Positions 10,592-20,481 of a DNA stretch of 64,000 nucleotides are shown piece by piece. Position 1 is the stretch's first letter. Every line of letters begins with the position of its first letter. Where the stretch lies: positions 86,914 through 150,913 of the forward strand of contig JADLHJ010000084.1 of NCBI GenBank assembly GCA_020848835.1. Direction: 5' to 3'. The DNA comes from Candidatus Hydrogenedentota bacterium. GTDB lineage: Bacteria; Hydrogenedentota; Hydrogenedentia; Hydrogenedentales; SLHB01. The notes beneath the pieces are model-generated. The model was not told the origin of the DNA. It did no database searches and saw nothing but the letters and a program-made list of their open reading frames with translations. The position numbers were made by a program, and so were the translations under genes.

Positions 10592-11377
10592 ATGACCGAC
10601 ACAACAAAACCCGTCCCGATTGAAGTACACGATCTCACGGTCGCCTACCGGCACCGCCCCGTGCTCTGGGACGTCGACGTAAAATTCCCCGAAGGCAACC
10701 TCATCGCGATCTGCGGCCCCAACGGCGCCGGCAAGAGCACGCTTATCAAAGCGATCCTCGGCCTCGTTCCGCTGGCATCGGGCAACGTCACCATCTTCGG
10801 TAAACCCGCTAACGGCGTGCGCAAACTAGTGGCCTACGTCCCGCAACGCGAATCCGTCGATTGGGATTTCCCGACCACCGCGCTTGACGTCGTACTCATG
10901 GGACGCTATGGCCACCTGCCGCTCTTCGGGCGTCCCCGCAAACGCGACAAGGAAATCGCACGGCACTGTCTCGACAAAGTTGGCATGCTCGAATTTGCCA
11001 ACCGCCAGATCAGCCAGCTCTCCGGCGGCCAGCAACAACGTGTCTTCCTGGCGCGCGCACTCGCGCAACAGACCCGTGTGTACCTCATGGACGAACCCTT
11101 CGCTGGTGTCGATGCTGCAACGGAAAAAGCGATCGTCACGTTGCTTCGCGAACTCCGCGAACAAGGTTGCACAGTCGCGGTTGTGCACCATGATCTTCAA
11201 TCGGTTCCCGAGTATTTCGATTCCGTCATGCTCCTCAACCTGCGCATGATCGCGTTTGGTCCCGTCGAAACGACATTCACAACCGAGAACCTCAACAAGA
11301 CCTACGGAGGCCGCCTAAACCTACTGACCGAAGTGGGGGAGAAGCTCCGCAAGCAACAGTGGAACGCGCGAGGATGA
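10592..11377 (+). CDS. Metal ABC transporter ATP-binding protein (MntB/TroB/ZnuC-like)
   Basis: Walker A 'GPNGAGKST', signature 'LSGGQQQR' and Walker B 'YLMDEP'. Confidence 0.85.
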   Translation: MTDTTKPVPIEVHDLTVAYRHRPVLWDVDVKFPEGNLIAICGPNGAGKSTLIKAILGLVPLASGNVTIFGKPANGVRKLVAYVPQRESVDWDFPTTALDVVLMGRYGHLPLFGRPRKRDKEIARHCLDKVGMLEFANRQISQLSGGQQQRVFLARALAQQTRVYLMDEPFAGVDAATEKAIVTLLRELREQGCTVAVVHHDLQSVPEYFDSVMLLNLRMIAFGPVETTFTTENLNKTYGGRLNLLTEVGEKLRKQQWNARG

Positions 11378-12729
11378 ACACCGCCGGCGCAATACTCGCA
11401 TCCGCACCCGCCGCGCTCCCGCCGTGGCTGGACTTCTTCACCTTTCGCGATACAAACATCCGGCTCATTTTCGCGGGCTGCGTCTTGCTTGGCTTGACGT
11501 CCGGCGTAATTGGTTGCTTCGCGCTCCTGCGCAAACGCGCGCTACTGGGCGATGCGCTAGCGCACTCCGCGCTGCCGGGCGTGTGCGTCGCGTTTATCCT
11601 TACCGGCACAAAGAACCCCGTTGTTATCCTCGCAGGCGCAACCATCTCCTGCTGGATCGGCGCAATTACCATCGATTTGATATCGCGCTACACGCGCGTC
11701 AAATCCGAAAGCGCTCTAGGCATGGTGCTCTCAGTATTCTTTGGACTCGGTATCCTCCTACTCACCTACATCCAAAAAAGCGGCAACGCCGCACAAGCAG
11801 GCCTCGACAAATTTTTATTCGGTCAGGCATCCTCCATGCTTGATCGCGATGTGTGGACACTCGCCATAGCGGGCCTACTTATGCTCGCTGCGGTGGCGCT
11901 GGCCTACAAAGAATTCAAACTCGTATCCTTCGATCCCGGTTTCGCATTCTCCATAGGCCTGTCCACGCGCGTCATCGAAACCGCGCTCGCCACACTCACT
12001 GTTCTCGCCGTTGCAATTGGGCTACAAGCAGTCGGTGTAGTACTGATGGCGGCAATGCTCGTCACGCCCGCGGCGTCCGCACGGTATTGGACAGACAATC
12101 TCGGCAAGATGATTATACTCTCCGGTGCATTCGGCGCGATCGCAGGCGCCATCGGCACCTACATCAGCTACCTCGGCCCGCGCATGCCCACGGGCCCGTG
12201 GATGGTCGTAGCCGCAACTGTCGTCTTCACAGTTTCGCTGCTCTTTGCGCCGCGCCGCGGAATGCTCGCGCACATGCTTCAACTCCGCCGCATCCGCCGG
12301 AAGACCACCGAAGAAAACATCATTCGCACGCTCTACGTCTTGGGCGAACGCCACAACGACATGACGAAGACCAGCTCCATTGCGACGCTGCTCGAATTTC
12401 GTTCGATGAACACGATGACTGCGGAACGCACGCTAGATCGCCTCATCGCGCGTGGCCTCGTTCAGGAGCCCGCGGAAGGAATGTTCGCGCTAACGCCGGA
12501 AGGCGTAGCCCGTGGCGCGCGCCTCACGCGCCTGCACCGCTTGTGGGAGGTCTATCTCACGCGAAAACTCGAACTCGCGCCCGATCACGTCCACGACGAC
12601 GCCGAGGAAATCGAGCACATCATTACGCCCGAGCTCGAAGCGCGCCTCGTCGCTTCACTCAACGATCCCGGTGAAGACCCCCATGCGCAACGCATCCCGC
12701 CCGCGCTCGAACCAGGCAGAGCAATATGA
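11374..12729 (+). CDS. Metal ABC transporter permease fused to a C-terminal DtxR-like repressor domain (YtgC-YtgR-like)
   Basis: About 290 aa of TroC/MntC-like polytopic permease is followed, without a stop, by about 150 aa of winged HTH plus a DtxR metal-binding region ('[42 protein letters not shown]'). The likely ATG at 11374 makes an ATGA overlap with the ATPase stop. Confidence 0.75.
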   Translation: MNTAGAILASAPAALPPWLDFFTFRDTNIRLIFAGCVLLGLTSGVIGCFALLRKRALLGDALAHSALPGVCVAFILTGTKNPVVILAGATISCWIGAITIDLISRYTRVKSESALGMVLSVFFGLGILLLTYIQKSGNAAQAGLDKFLFGQASSMLDRDVWTLAIAGLLMLAAVALAYKEFKLVSFDPGFAFSIGLSTRVIETALATLTVLAVAIGLQAVGVVLMAAMLVTPAASARYWTDNLGKMIILSGAFGAIAGAIGTYISYLGPRMPTGPWMVVAATVVFTVSLLFAPRRGMLAHMLQLRRIRRKTTEENIIRTLYVLGERHNDMTKTSSIATLLEFRSMNTMTAERTLDRLIARGLVQEPAEGMFALTPEGVARGARLTRLHRLWEVYLTRKLELAPDHVHDDAEEIEHIITPELEARLVASLNDPGEDPHAQRIPPALEPGRAI

Positions 12730-13613
12730 GCAACGATCTCTGGATTATACTCATCGGTTCGCTTGCGTCCGCGGCCTGCGCGCTCGTCGGATGTTTCCTC
12801 GTACTGCGCAAACAAGCGATGATGGGCGATGCAATTAGCCATTCCGTACTCCCCGGAATCGTCATCGCATTCTTGATCACGCAAAGCCGCGCGCCAATTC
12901 CCATGCTCATCGGCGCAGGTACGCTCGGCATTCTCACCGCGTTCGCCACCAACGCACTCGAACGCCACGGCAGACTCCAGCCCGATGCCTCCATCGGCGT
13001 CACCTTCACCTGGCTATTCGCCGTCGGCGTGATACTCATCTCCGCATTTGCCGGTCACGTTGACCTCGACGCCGAATGTGTCCTCTACGGCGAAATCGCG
13101 TCTTCGCCTTGGGACGTTTGGCTTATCGGCGACACCGACATGGGCCCGCGCGCCGTCTGGATCCTGGGCGCAATCACCATCGCAAATCTTATCTTCGTGA
13201 CCCTCGGATACAAACAACTCAAGCTCACTTCATTCGATCCCGAAATGGCCGCCGCCCTCGGCATCAACGTCACCCTGTGGCACTACCTTCTCATGGGCTT
13301 CGTGTCATTCACCACCGTCGGCGCATTCGAAAGCGTCGGCGCGATTCTCGTCGTCGCCATGCTCATCGTCCCGCCCAACACCGCTTATCTTCTCACTGAC
13401 CGCCTCTCCCGCATGCTGATCTACTCCGTCATCATCGGCATCCTCAGCGCCATCGGCGGCTACTGGCTCGCATGGCTCATCGACGGTTCTATCGCAGGCG
13501 CCATCGCAACGGTAAGCGGCGCACTCTTCCTCTTCGCCGCACTCTTTTCACCCACACACGGCGTCATCGCAGGTTATATAGCCCGCCGCCACGCGCTAAT
13601 CACCCCTGATTAA
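12726..13613 (+). CDS. Metal ABC transporter permease (TroD/MntD-like)
   Basis: Polytopic membrane protein of the ABC-3 family, 295 aa, with an ATGA overlap with the preceding gene. Confidence 0.85.
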   Translation: MSNDLWIILIGSLASAACALVGCFLVLRKQAMMGDAISHSVLPGIVIAFLITQSRAPIPMLIGAGTLGILTAFATNALERHGRLQPDASIGVTFTWLFAVGVILISAFAGHVDLDAECVLYGEIASSPWDVWLIGDTDMGPRAVWILGAITIANLIFVTLGYKQLKLTSFDPEMAAALGINVTLWHYLLMGFVSFTTVGAFESVGAILVVAMLIVPPNTAYLLTDRLSRMLIYSVIIGILSAIGGYWLAWLIDGSIAGAIATVSGALFLFAALFSPTHGVIAGYIARRHALITPD

Positions 13614-13651
13614 GGGAAACCCCGAAAACTGACTGCCGTGAATGGTCGATG

Positions 13652-13825
13652 CTATTCGAGGGAAAACCGCACATTGACAGACAACAACTCTTTCCACTTC
13701 TCATAGGCTGCGCGGTCAAACGTGTTTTGAAGATTGAAATCGACGAACTCCAGATACTCGTCCATCGTCAATACTTTGGGCGGTATTTGCGGCTCCGTGA
13801 TTATTGGAAGCTTGAAGTCATTCAT
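13652..13825 (-). CDS. Candidate small protein (57 aa), not in the ORF track, which appears to list only ORFs of 60 aa or more
   Basis: ATG start (reverse complement at 13823-13825), stop at 13652-13654. Translation: 'MNDFKLPIITEPQIPPKVLTMDEYLEFVDFNLQNTFDRAAYEKWKELLSVNVRFSLE'. It has mixed charge and amphipathic helix-like segments and sits in an otherwise unexplained 450-bp gap. Confidence 0.3.
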   Translation of the reverse strand: MNDFKLPIITEPQIPPKVLTMDEYLEFVDFNLQNTFDRAAYEKWKELLSVNVRFSLE

Positions 13826-14065
13826 TAAATCGCGTCCACGATTTTCTGGCCTAAACCTTGCCCGTAGCCATTTCTCCTAACGGTGATCCCACCAAAAAAT
13901 CATATAAAAAAGCGATTAGTAGGCTTGCCGAGGCGGCAATTCGCCGCCGCCGCTTGAATCCGCCCCCGCCGCGCCCCATAATCTTGCCTAGGTGCAATAG
14001 CCGATTATGGACCCCCCGGCGCTGCCCACCCGCTCCGAGCAAAAACGCAAGTGAGGTAATCGTAT

Positions 14066-16105
14066 ATGCTGTCCCGTTCTGTTTCTGCTCTATTCGCATT
14101 CCTACTTATCGCTACTTTGTCATCCGCGCAAGATATCCCCGATTCCGTCCGCTCCGCAGTCGATGTGTCGATCGCAAAAGTGAAGCCCGCGCTCGTTCGC
14201 ATCGGCGTCGTGTGGACAGACTACAACGAAGGCCGTGAAGAAAAATACGAAGCCAGCGGTAGCGGCACGATCATCACCGGTGAAGGCCACGTCGTTACCA
14301 ACCATCATGTCGCGGGCCATGCCACGCGCATGTTCTGCACTCTCGCTACGAAAGAAGTGATCGAAGCCGACCTTATCGGCAAAGACCCGCAAACCGACAT
14401 AGCCATCATCAAACTTCGCGGCGAACCCGGCCGCATCTTTCCGACTGCGGAGTTCGGTGACTCCGCCGAACTCAACGTCGGCGACATTGTCCTTGCAATG
14501 GGCAGTCCGCTGTCGCTCTCGCAAAGTGTGACGCAAGGCATTGTCAGCAACACCGAACTCGTCTTTCCTTCGCGACGCTTCGGCTCGCTCACCCTCGACG
14601 GTGAGGACGTAGGATCTCTCGTACGCTGGATCGGTCACGACGCGCCAATCTATCCCGGCAACTCCGGCGGCCCGCTCGTGAATCTGCGCGGCCAAATCAT
14701 CGGCGTCAACGAAATCAGCATCGGCCTCGGCGGCGCAATCCCCGGCAACACCGCGAAAGACGTCGCGCGCAAGCTCATTGCAAGCGCTACCGTCGATCGC
14801 GCATGGCTCGGCCTTTCGCTCCAGCCCCAACTTAAATCGCACCTGCATTCGCGTGGCGTGCTCGTGCGCAACGCAATCGCGGGTTCACCCGCGGACGCCG
14901 CCGGATTCAAAGCAGGTGATCTGCTGCTAAACATCGGCGGCCAGGACATCAACGTGCGCTTCGAGGAGCAGATGCCCTTGCTCAACGGCACCATCGCCGC
15001 ATTGCCTATCGACAAGCCAGTCGATGCAATCGTTCTACGCGACGGCAAAGAGCAAACCATCACCGTCACACCGAAACGCTACGAAGAAGTCGAGCCCCAA
15101 CAAGACGAAATAAAAGAGTGGGGGATGACCGTCCGTAACGTCTCCTTCGTCAATTCCCGCGAAATGAAACGCGACACCACAGACGGCGTACTCGTCACTT
15201 CAGTTCGCCCCGGCGGCCCCACTGGCACGGCAAAGCCGGAGATTAACCGCCAGGACGTCATCGTCGCCGTGAACGGACAGCCCGTTAAAAACATGGACGA
15301 ACTGATTGCCTTCACGACAACGCTCCTGAAAGATCAGAAAGACCCAGTACCCGTGCTCGTTGAGTTCGAGCGCAAGGTCGCACGACTGCAGACGGTCGTA
15401 AAAGTCGGCATCGCTGAACCGCCCGCGCCCGGCAAAGATGTAGAAAAAGCCTGGCTCGCAGTCGATACCCAAGTCATCACGCGTGACGTTGCGAATCAAA
15501 TCGGCAATCCCGATCTCAAAGGTTTCCGCATCACGCAGGTTTATCCCGGCACAACCGCCGAAACAGCGGGCCTGAAAGTGGGCGACTTAATCTATGCAGT
15601 CGATGGAGAACCGCTTGAAGCGGCCGCTCCAGAAGACTACGAAGAGCTCGCCGCACTCGTGCGTCAATACAAGATCGGCACTAAAGCCGAGTTCAGCGTA
15701 CTGCGCGGTACGGAGAAGACGACGATTCCCGTCGAACTCACCGCGTCGCCACGGGCCACGCGCGAAATGAAGGAGTACGAAGACATCGACTTCGAGTTCA
15801 AAGTCCGCGATATCACCTTCATAGATAAAGTGAAGGAGAAATGGCCGGCGGACAAGGCCGGCGCGCTCGTCTCCAAAATCGAACCCGGCGGTTGGGCCGC
15901 AGTCGCCAACATGGACACCGGCGATCTCATCGTTAAGATCGATTCGACGCCAATAATGAATGTGGATGGCGTCGAGAACAAGATGAAAGAACTCAAAGAC
16001 GCAAAGGCCAAGAACGCGGTGTTCCAGGTCGAACGCGGCATCTACACCATGTTCCTCGAATTTGAACCCAAGTGGGACGCAACGCCCGCTGCTGGAAAGG
16101 AATAA
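14066..16105 (+). CDS. htrA: HtrA/DegP/DegQ-family periplasmic serine endoprotease with multiple PDZ domains
   Basis: Signal peptide, catalytic His in 'GHVVTNHHV', Asp in 'DIAIIK' and Ser in 'GNSGGPLVN'; about 679 aa, with a long PDZ-containing C-terminus. Confidence 0.85.
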   Translation: MLSRSVSALFAFLLIATLSSAQDIPDSVRSAVDVSIAKVKPALVRIGVVWTDYNEGREEKYEASGSGTIITGEGHVVTNHHVAGHATRMFCTLATKEVIEADLIGKDPQTDIAIIKLRGEPGRIFPTAEFGDSAELNVGDIVLAMGSPLSLSQSVTQGIVSNTELVFPSRRFGSLTLDGEDVGSLVRWIGHDAPIYPGNSGGPLVNLRGQIIGVNEISIGLGGAIPGNTAKDVARKLIASATVDRAWLGLSLQPQLKSHLHSRGVLVRNAIAGSPADAAGFKAGDLLLNIGGQDINVRFEEQMPLLNGTIAALPIDKPVDAIVLRDGKEQTITVTPKRYEEVEPQQDEIKEWGMTVRNVSFVNSREMKRDTTDGVLVTSVRPGGPTGTAKPEINRQDVIVAVNGQPVKNMDELIAFTTTLLKDQKDPVPVLVEFERKVARLQTVVKVGIAEPPAPGKDVEKAWLAVDTQVITRDVANQIGNPDLKGFRITQVYPGTTAETAGLKVGDLIYAVDGEPLEAAAPEDYEELAALVRQYKIGTKAEFSVLRGTEKTTIPVELTASPRATREMKEYEDIDFEFKVRDITFIDKVKEKWPADKAGALVSKIEPGGWAAVANMDTGDLIVKIDSTPIMNVDGVENKMKELKDAKAKNAVFQVERGIYTMFLEFEPKWDATPAAGKE

Positions 16106-16107
16106 TC

Positions 16108-17049
16108 ATGCTCCATCGTATTACCCGTGTTGCTGCTTTGACCGTCGCCTGCGCGATAGCGTTCCTCGCGTCCGCAGACGACTTGGCGGACAAAGGCCGG
16201 GCCGTGCTCGAAAAAAGCAAGGCCAGCGTGGTTACGGTCCGCATCGTCATCAAGATGCAGATGTCAATGCCAAACTTTCCTTCACGCGAAGAGGAGATAA
16301 AGACTGAAGCCACCGGGACAATTATCGATCCTTCGGGCCTCACGGTAATGTCGCTAAACGAAACCGATCCCTCCGGCATGTTCGAAGACATGATGGGATC
16401 TCGCGAAGATTTTGAAGTAAAGAGTTCCATCGGCGATCTTAAAATTCTGCAAGACGACGGCACCGAAATTTCGGCCCAGGTCGTATTGCGCGATCGCGAT
16501 CTCGATCTTGCCTTCATCCGTCCGACTGAGACCCCGAAGAATCCTTTGCCGGCAATCGACCTCACGAAAGGCGCAACGCCCGGCCTCCTGGATCCAATCA
16601 TCACCATCACACGCCTCGGTCGCGTCGCCAGCCGCAAACACGCCGTCTCCATCGAGCGCGTCTCTGCAATCGTTGAACGCCCGCGCACCTTCTACGTCAT
16701 GGGCAAAGACCCCACGCAAACCTCCCTCGGCAGCCCTGCGCTTTCGGTCGATGGCGATGCCATCGGACTCTGCGTCATGCGCCGAATCAAGAGCGGTGGA
16801 GACGGTGGAATGAGTATGTTCGGCGGTGGCGATGAAAACATGATCGCCATAGTCGTTCCCGCCTCCGACGTCCTCGAAGTCGCCAAGCAAGCCCCCGCCG
16901 CTGGTGAGGAAGCAAAAGAGATCGGAGCGGAAGAACCCACCAAAGAAGAAAAGTCCGAAGAAGCACCCAAGGAAGGTGAAGCACCGAAGGAAGACGCCCC
17001 CAGCGAGAAGCCCGAAGGCGAAGCGAAACCCGACGCCCCAGCAGCATAA
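16108..17049 (+). CDS. Trypsin-like (HtrA-related) domain protein that appears catalytically degenerate, with an acidic E/K/P-rich C-terminal tail
   Basis: Signal peptide 'MLHRITRVAALTVACAIAFLASA'. The segment aligning to the HtrA His-containing strand ('ATGTIIDPSGLTVMS') has no His, and a 'GSPALSVDGDAIGL' Ser-loop remnant is present. The tail reads 'AAGEEAKEIGAEEPTKEEKSEEAPKEGEAPKEDAPSEKPEGEAKPDAPAA'. Confidence 0.55.
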   Translation: MLHRITRVAALTVACAIAFLASADDLADKGRAVLEKSKASVVTVRIVIKMQMSMPNFPSREEEIKTEATGTIIDPSGLTVMSLNETDPSGMFEDMMGSREDFEVKSSIGDLKILQDDGTEISAQVVLRDRDLDLAFIRPTETPKNPLPAIDLTKGATPGLLDPIITITRLGRVASRKHAVSIERVSAIVERPRTFYVMGKDPTQTSLGSPALSVDGDAIGLCVMRRIKSGGDGGMSMFGGGDENMIAIVVPASDVLEVAKQAPAAGEEAKEIGAEEPTKEEKSEEAPKEGEAPKEDAPSEKPEGEAKPDAPAA

Positions 17050-17180
17050 CCGCGAAAAGACGCCTCGCGAAATCGTCTTAGGTTTGGAGTTCCACGTTTA
17101 CGCGGTCTTCGCCAACCGAAGGGCGGCAGCAAGGGGGCACGGGCGTCCCGCCCGTGGTGTAGTACAACTCATTAAAACGA

Positions 17181-17218
17181 AACCGCCGGTCAACCAAGAG
17201 CTGACCGGCGGTTTTTAT
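17181..17218. terminator. Rho-independent terminator, bidirectional, between the htrA-like genes (+) and rpmB (-)
   Basis: Perfect 10-bp stem 'CCGCCGGTCA'/'TGACCGGCGG' with an 8-nt loop, followed by TTTTT on the plus strand. On the minus strand it is followed by 'TTTCGTTTT'. Confidence 0.6.
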
Positions 17219-17279
17219 TAATCTCAAACTTGAGTTCGATTTACTTGTGTACTTTGCGTTCGTTCGCGGTAAATCTTTC

Positions 17280-17537
17280 TTACGCGCTCTTACGCTTCAA
17301 ACCCTTCGTGGCCTTCACAAACTTGCCGGCCTTGATATACCGCGCGCACACGCGAATCGTCTTCACCGTGCCGTTCTCATCAATTACGCGGATCTTCTGG
17401 AGGTTCGGCTTCCAACGGCGCGTCGAAATGCCCGTCACGTTCTGACCGATACCGCCCTCGCGCTTCGCCTTACCGCGGCGAATGACCCGCTTACCAATCT
17501 GCGGGCGCTTCCCGCTGTACTCACAAACACGCGACAT
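17280..17537 (-). CDS. rpmB: 50S ribosomal protein L28
   Basis: 'MSRVCEYSGKRPQIGKRV...RRWKPNLQKIRV' is the L28 signature; 85 aa. Confidence 0.9.
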   Translation of the reverse strand: MSRVCEYSGKRPQIGKRVIRRGKAKREGGIGQNVTGISTRRWKPNLQKIRVIDENGTVKTIRVCARYIKAGKFVKATKGLKRKSA

Positions 17538-17910
17538 GACCTGACTCCTGACCGTAACCCGCCCGGCTCACAAAACCGCCAGCGGCAACTGGGAATTATT
17601 GTTCCAAAAGGCTCGCAAGTCTAACATACAAACTAGCTTGGTTCAAGTGAATTACCAAAAAGTCTTTGGCTCACGGCACCAAAATCCGAATGCTGGATTC
17701 GGTCCGGTATTGCGCGTTTGCGCGGTCTAGGCCGGCGACGGCATGAAAGACATCGACATTCCCCAACTAAATACGCTAAAATAACTTATGCGCAATTTGT
17801 CAATAATTTACCCCTTGATTCCCATTCACGTGCAACGGCCACAGCCCTGGTTTCCAAATACTTGCGCGCCCCGCAAAAGTGCAACGCGCTGGGCAATAGG
17901 GTAGAGCTCA

Positions 17911-18741
17911 ATGAGCATCCCGTTACCCGCCTCAAAATATTGTGCGCGCTGGGCGGCCGGCATGCTCTGCCTGCTGCTTTCGGCCTGCAAGACATCCGGC
18001 AGGACGCAGGAGGTAGTCTTGACTGAGCCTGCAAGTGAGTCGCCCGTTATTGCTGAGATCATCGCCGACCTCCGCGCGAACGACGATGCTCTGAAGGACT
18101 TCCGTGCCGCCACGACCTTTACATTGACGTCACCCAAGTTGAAATCCGTGCAGCGCTTCACCAACGGTTCTGTTGTCTATCGCAAACCCGCCGACCTCCG
18201 CGTCGTCGGACGCAATGCCGCCAACATGACCCTCTTCGAACTTAAGAGCCGGGGACCCGAGTTCCTCATCGAGTTTCCGCCGGAGAACGACGTCGATGAC
18301 CGCTACTTCTGCAGTTCCGAAGCAAGCGATATCGCCAACGCGCCTTTTCCGGTTGCTCCCGCAGACATCGCCCACGAAATGTTCAGCCCAATCGACTGGA
18401 CAGTCGTAACGCCAGAGAACTTTGCTCTTGAATCCGCTGACGCCCAAACCGGCGAAGCCACGCTCTCAGTCAAAATGCAGAATGGTTTGCGCCGGCAAAT
18501 TGTTGTACAGGGTAAACCGTGGCGCATCGTCCACAACGTGCTTAACGATGCGACGGGCGTCCCGTTGAGTGATACTACAATGCGCGACTACCAGGACCTG
18601 AACGGCGTGCGCATACCCACGCAAGTTGTGGCAGACTTCCCCGGCGAATCGACCCATGTGGAGTTCGCGCTTCGTAATCTACGTGTGAACATTGGAATTC
18701 CCGATAACGAGTTTTACTTCGAGTGCCCACCCGGACAATGA
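17911..18741 (+). CDS. Lipoprotein, LolA/LolB-like fold (DUF4292-like), function unknown
   Basis: Lipobox 'LLLSAC'; about 260 aa mature beta-rich protein. Weak recognition only. Confidence 0.4.
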   Translation: MSIPLPASKYCARWAAGMLCLLLSACKTSGRTQEVVLTEPASESPVIAEIIADLRANDDALKDFRAATTFTLTSPKLKSVQRFTNGSVVYRKPADLRVVGRNAANMTLFELKSRGPEFLIEFPPENDVDDRYFCSSEASDIANAPFPVAPADIAHEMFSPIDWTVVTPENFALESADAQTGEATLSVKMQNGLRRQIVVQGKPWRIVHNVLNDATGVPLSDTTMRDYQDLNGVRIPTQVVADFPGESTHVEFALRNLRVNIGIPDNEFYFECPPGQ

Positions 18742-19781
18742 AAATCTTGCTCACAGATCTGAATCCAACGGAAATCGCCGAACGGCTCAACATCAAGCCC
18801 TTCCAAGGCAAACAGATATTCCGCTGGATTCACCAGAAAAAAATCTTTGACTTCGACCGCATGACGGATTTATCGAAGGACCTGCGCACGCGCCTGCACG
18901 AATCTTGCGCCGCCGGCCAACTGCAGCTGGCCAGCATGTCCACCTCGCCTCGTGCTACGGGAACTAAGAAAGCGCTCTTCAAACTCTCGGACGGCGAGAC
19001 CGTAGAGTCCGTGCTGATTCGCGAAAAAGACCGCGTCACACTATGCCTCTCCACGCAAGTCGGCTGCGCCGTGAAATGTTCCTTCTGCGCCACGGGCCAC
19101 TCCGGCTATACACGCAATCTCACCCCCGGCGAAATTGTCGAGCAAGCCCTCTACCTGCTCACGGACGAAAACATGGGGGAGAGGACACCCAACATCGTCT
19201 ACATGGGAATGGGCGAACCCTTCCGCAACTACGATGCAACCGTAAGAAGCATTCGCCTGCTGATGTCGCCAGACGGCCTGGGTATCGGCGCGCGACGCAT
19301 TACCGTTTCCACGGTCGGCGAAGTAAGAGGCATCGAGCAATTCGCGAATGAAGACTGGCAAGTACGCCTCAGCGTATCGCTGCATGCCGCCAATGATGAG
19401 AAACGTTCGGAACTAATTCCGTTAAACCGCAAGTATCCGATCGCGAAACTGAAGGACGCGATCAGAACTTACCTCGATAAGACCAATCGTCAAATCACCT
19501 TTGAATGGACTTTGTTAGACGGCGTGAATGACTCGATGCAGGACGCGAAAGAACTCATCGCGCTAGCGGGGAGCTTGAAGGCCCACGTAAACCTGATCCC
19601 CTACAACCCCGTCCACGGTCTCGGCTACACGCCACCGCCCCGCGATCGCTGCGAGGCCTTCCGCGACGCCCTTGAACAAGCGAATATCTCCGCAACGCTC
19701 CGGAAAGAAAAAGGCCAGGACATCGACGCCGCCTGCGGCCAACTCCGCCGCCGTCACGCGGAACTTGCAAACACTAATTAG
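18738..19781 (+). CDS. rlmN: 23S rRNA (adenine2503-C2)/tRNA methyltransferase RlmN (radical SAM)
   Basis: Radical-SAM 'GCAVKCSFCATG' plus RlmN/Cfr family N- and C-terminal regions. The start is set to the ATG at 18738, which makes an ATGA overlap with the upstream gene's stop. Confidence 0.85.
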   Translation: MKILLTDLNPTEIAERLNIKPFQGKQIFRWIHQKKIFDFDRMTDLSKDLRTRLHESCAAGQLQLASMSTSPRATGTKKALFKLSDGETVESVLIREKDRVTLCLSTQVGCAVKCSFCATGHSGYTRNLTPGEIVEQALYLLTDENMGERTPNIVYMGMGEPFRNYDATVRSIRLLMSPDGLGIGARRITVSTVGEVRGIEQFANEDWQVRLSVSLHAANDEKRSELIPLNRKYPIAKLKDAIRTYLDKTNRQITFEWTLLDGVNDSMQDAKELIALAGSLKAHVNLIPYNPVHGLGYTPPPRDRCEAFRDALEQANISATLRKEKGQDIDAACGQLRRRHAELANTN

Positions 19782-20481
19782 CGGTGCCACCAGACACTTC
19801 GCGATCAAGCCGCTCTTGCAGGGCTACCATCGCTTGCTCGAGTTCGGCGCGCTTTGCCTCGATTGCCGCTTCATCGTCACATTCAAACGCAGCCACCGGA
19901 TCGCCGTATTCACAAACAATCGTGGAGAAGGGCTTTGGAATCACCATCTTGTCCCACGATCTCATCCGCCAGCACCGTGTCACGGCAAAAGCGTTCGGAA
20001 TCACCGGCATCTTCGTGCGCATGCTCAACACCGCCGCACCTGCCTTCATTTCTCGGCGCGGACCACGAGGCCCATCAGGAGTAAATATCACGGAAACACC
20101 TTGCGACAGCGCCGTTGACATCCGGTGCATCGCGTCACTGCCGCCGCGGCTCGATGAACCCCGCAACGCGCCAATACCCAGATGGCCCACAACCCGCGCC
20201 ACCAGTTCACCGTCGTAGCTATAGCTGGTCAACGTATGGATGCCCGTCCCGCGGTAGCGCCACGCAGCAAGCGGAATTACTTCGTGCCAAAACAACAGCA
20301 ACGCTGCGCCGTTGCGTTCCTGTGCTTGCGTGAAATGCTGCGGATTGCGAATCTCCACACGACACGTACCGCAGATCACGCGCATCAAAAGTGCAACAAG
20401 GTGGGACGCTATAGTGAGGGAGATTCGCTGGCGGAGCGTAAAGGGAACAGGGTTCGAGTAATCGAGTTCGGGACGTTTCAC
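19774..20481 (-). CDS. DUF374-family lysophospholipid acyltransferase-like protein
   Basis: Family-like core 'LLLFWHEVIPLAAW...TLTSYSYDGELVARVV...VIFTPDGPRGPRREMKAGAAVLS'. A GTG start at 20479-20481 overlaps the panE stop (GTGA). The Arg-rich 57 aa upstream in the track ORF lie inside panE and are not native. Confidence 0.6.
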   Translation of the reverse strand: MKRPELDYSNPVPFTLRQRISLTIASHLVALLMRVICGTCRVEIRNPQHFTQAQERNGAALLLFWHEVIPLAAWRYRGTGIHTLTSYSYDGELVARVVGHLGIGALRGSSSRGGSDAMHRMSTALSQGVSVIFTPDGPRGPRREMKAGAAVLSMRTKMPVIPNAFAVTRCWRMRSWDKMVIPKPFSTIVCEYGDPVAAFECDDEAAIEAKRAELEQAMVALQERLDREVSGGTAN

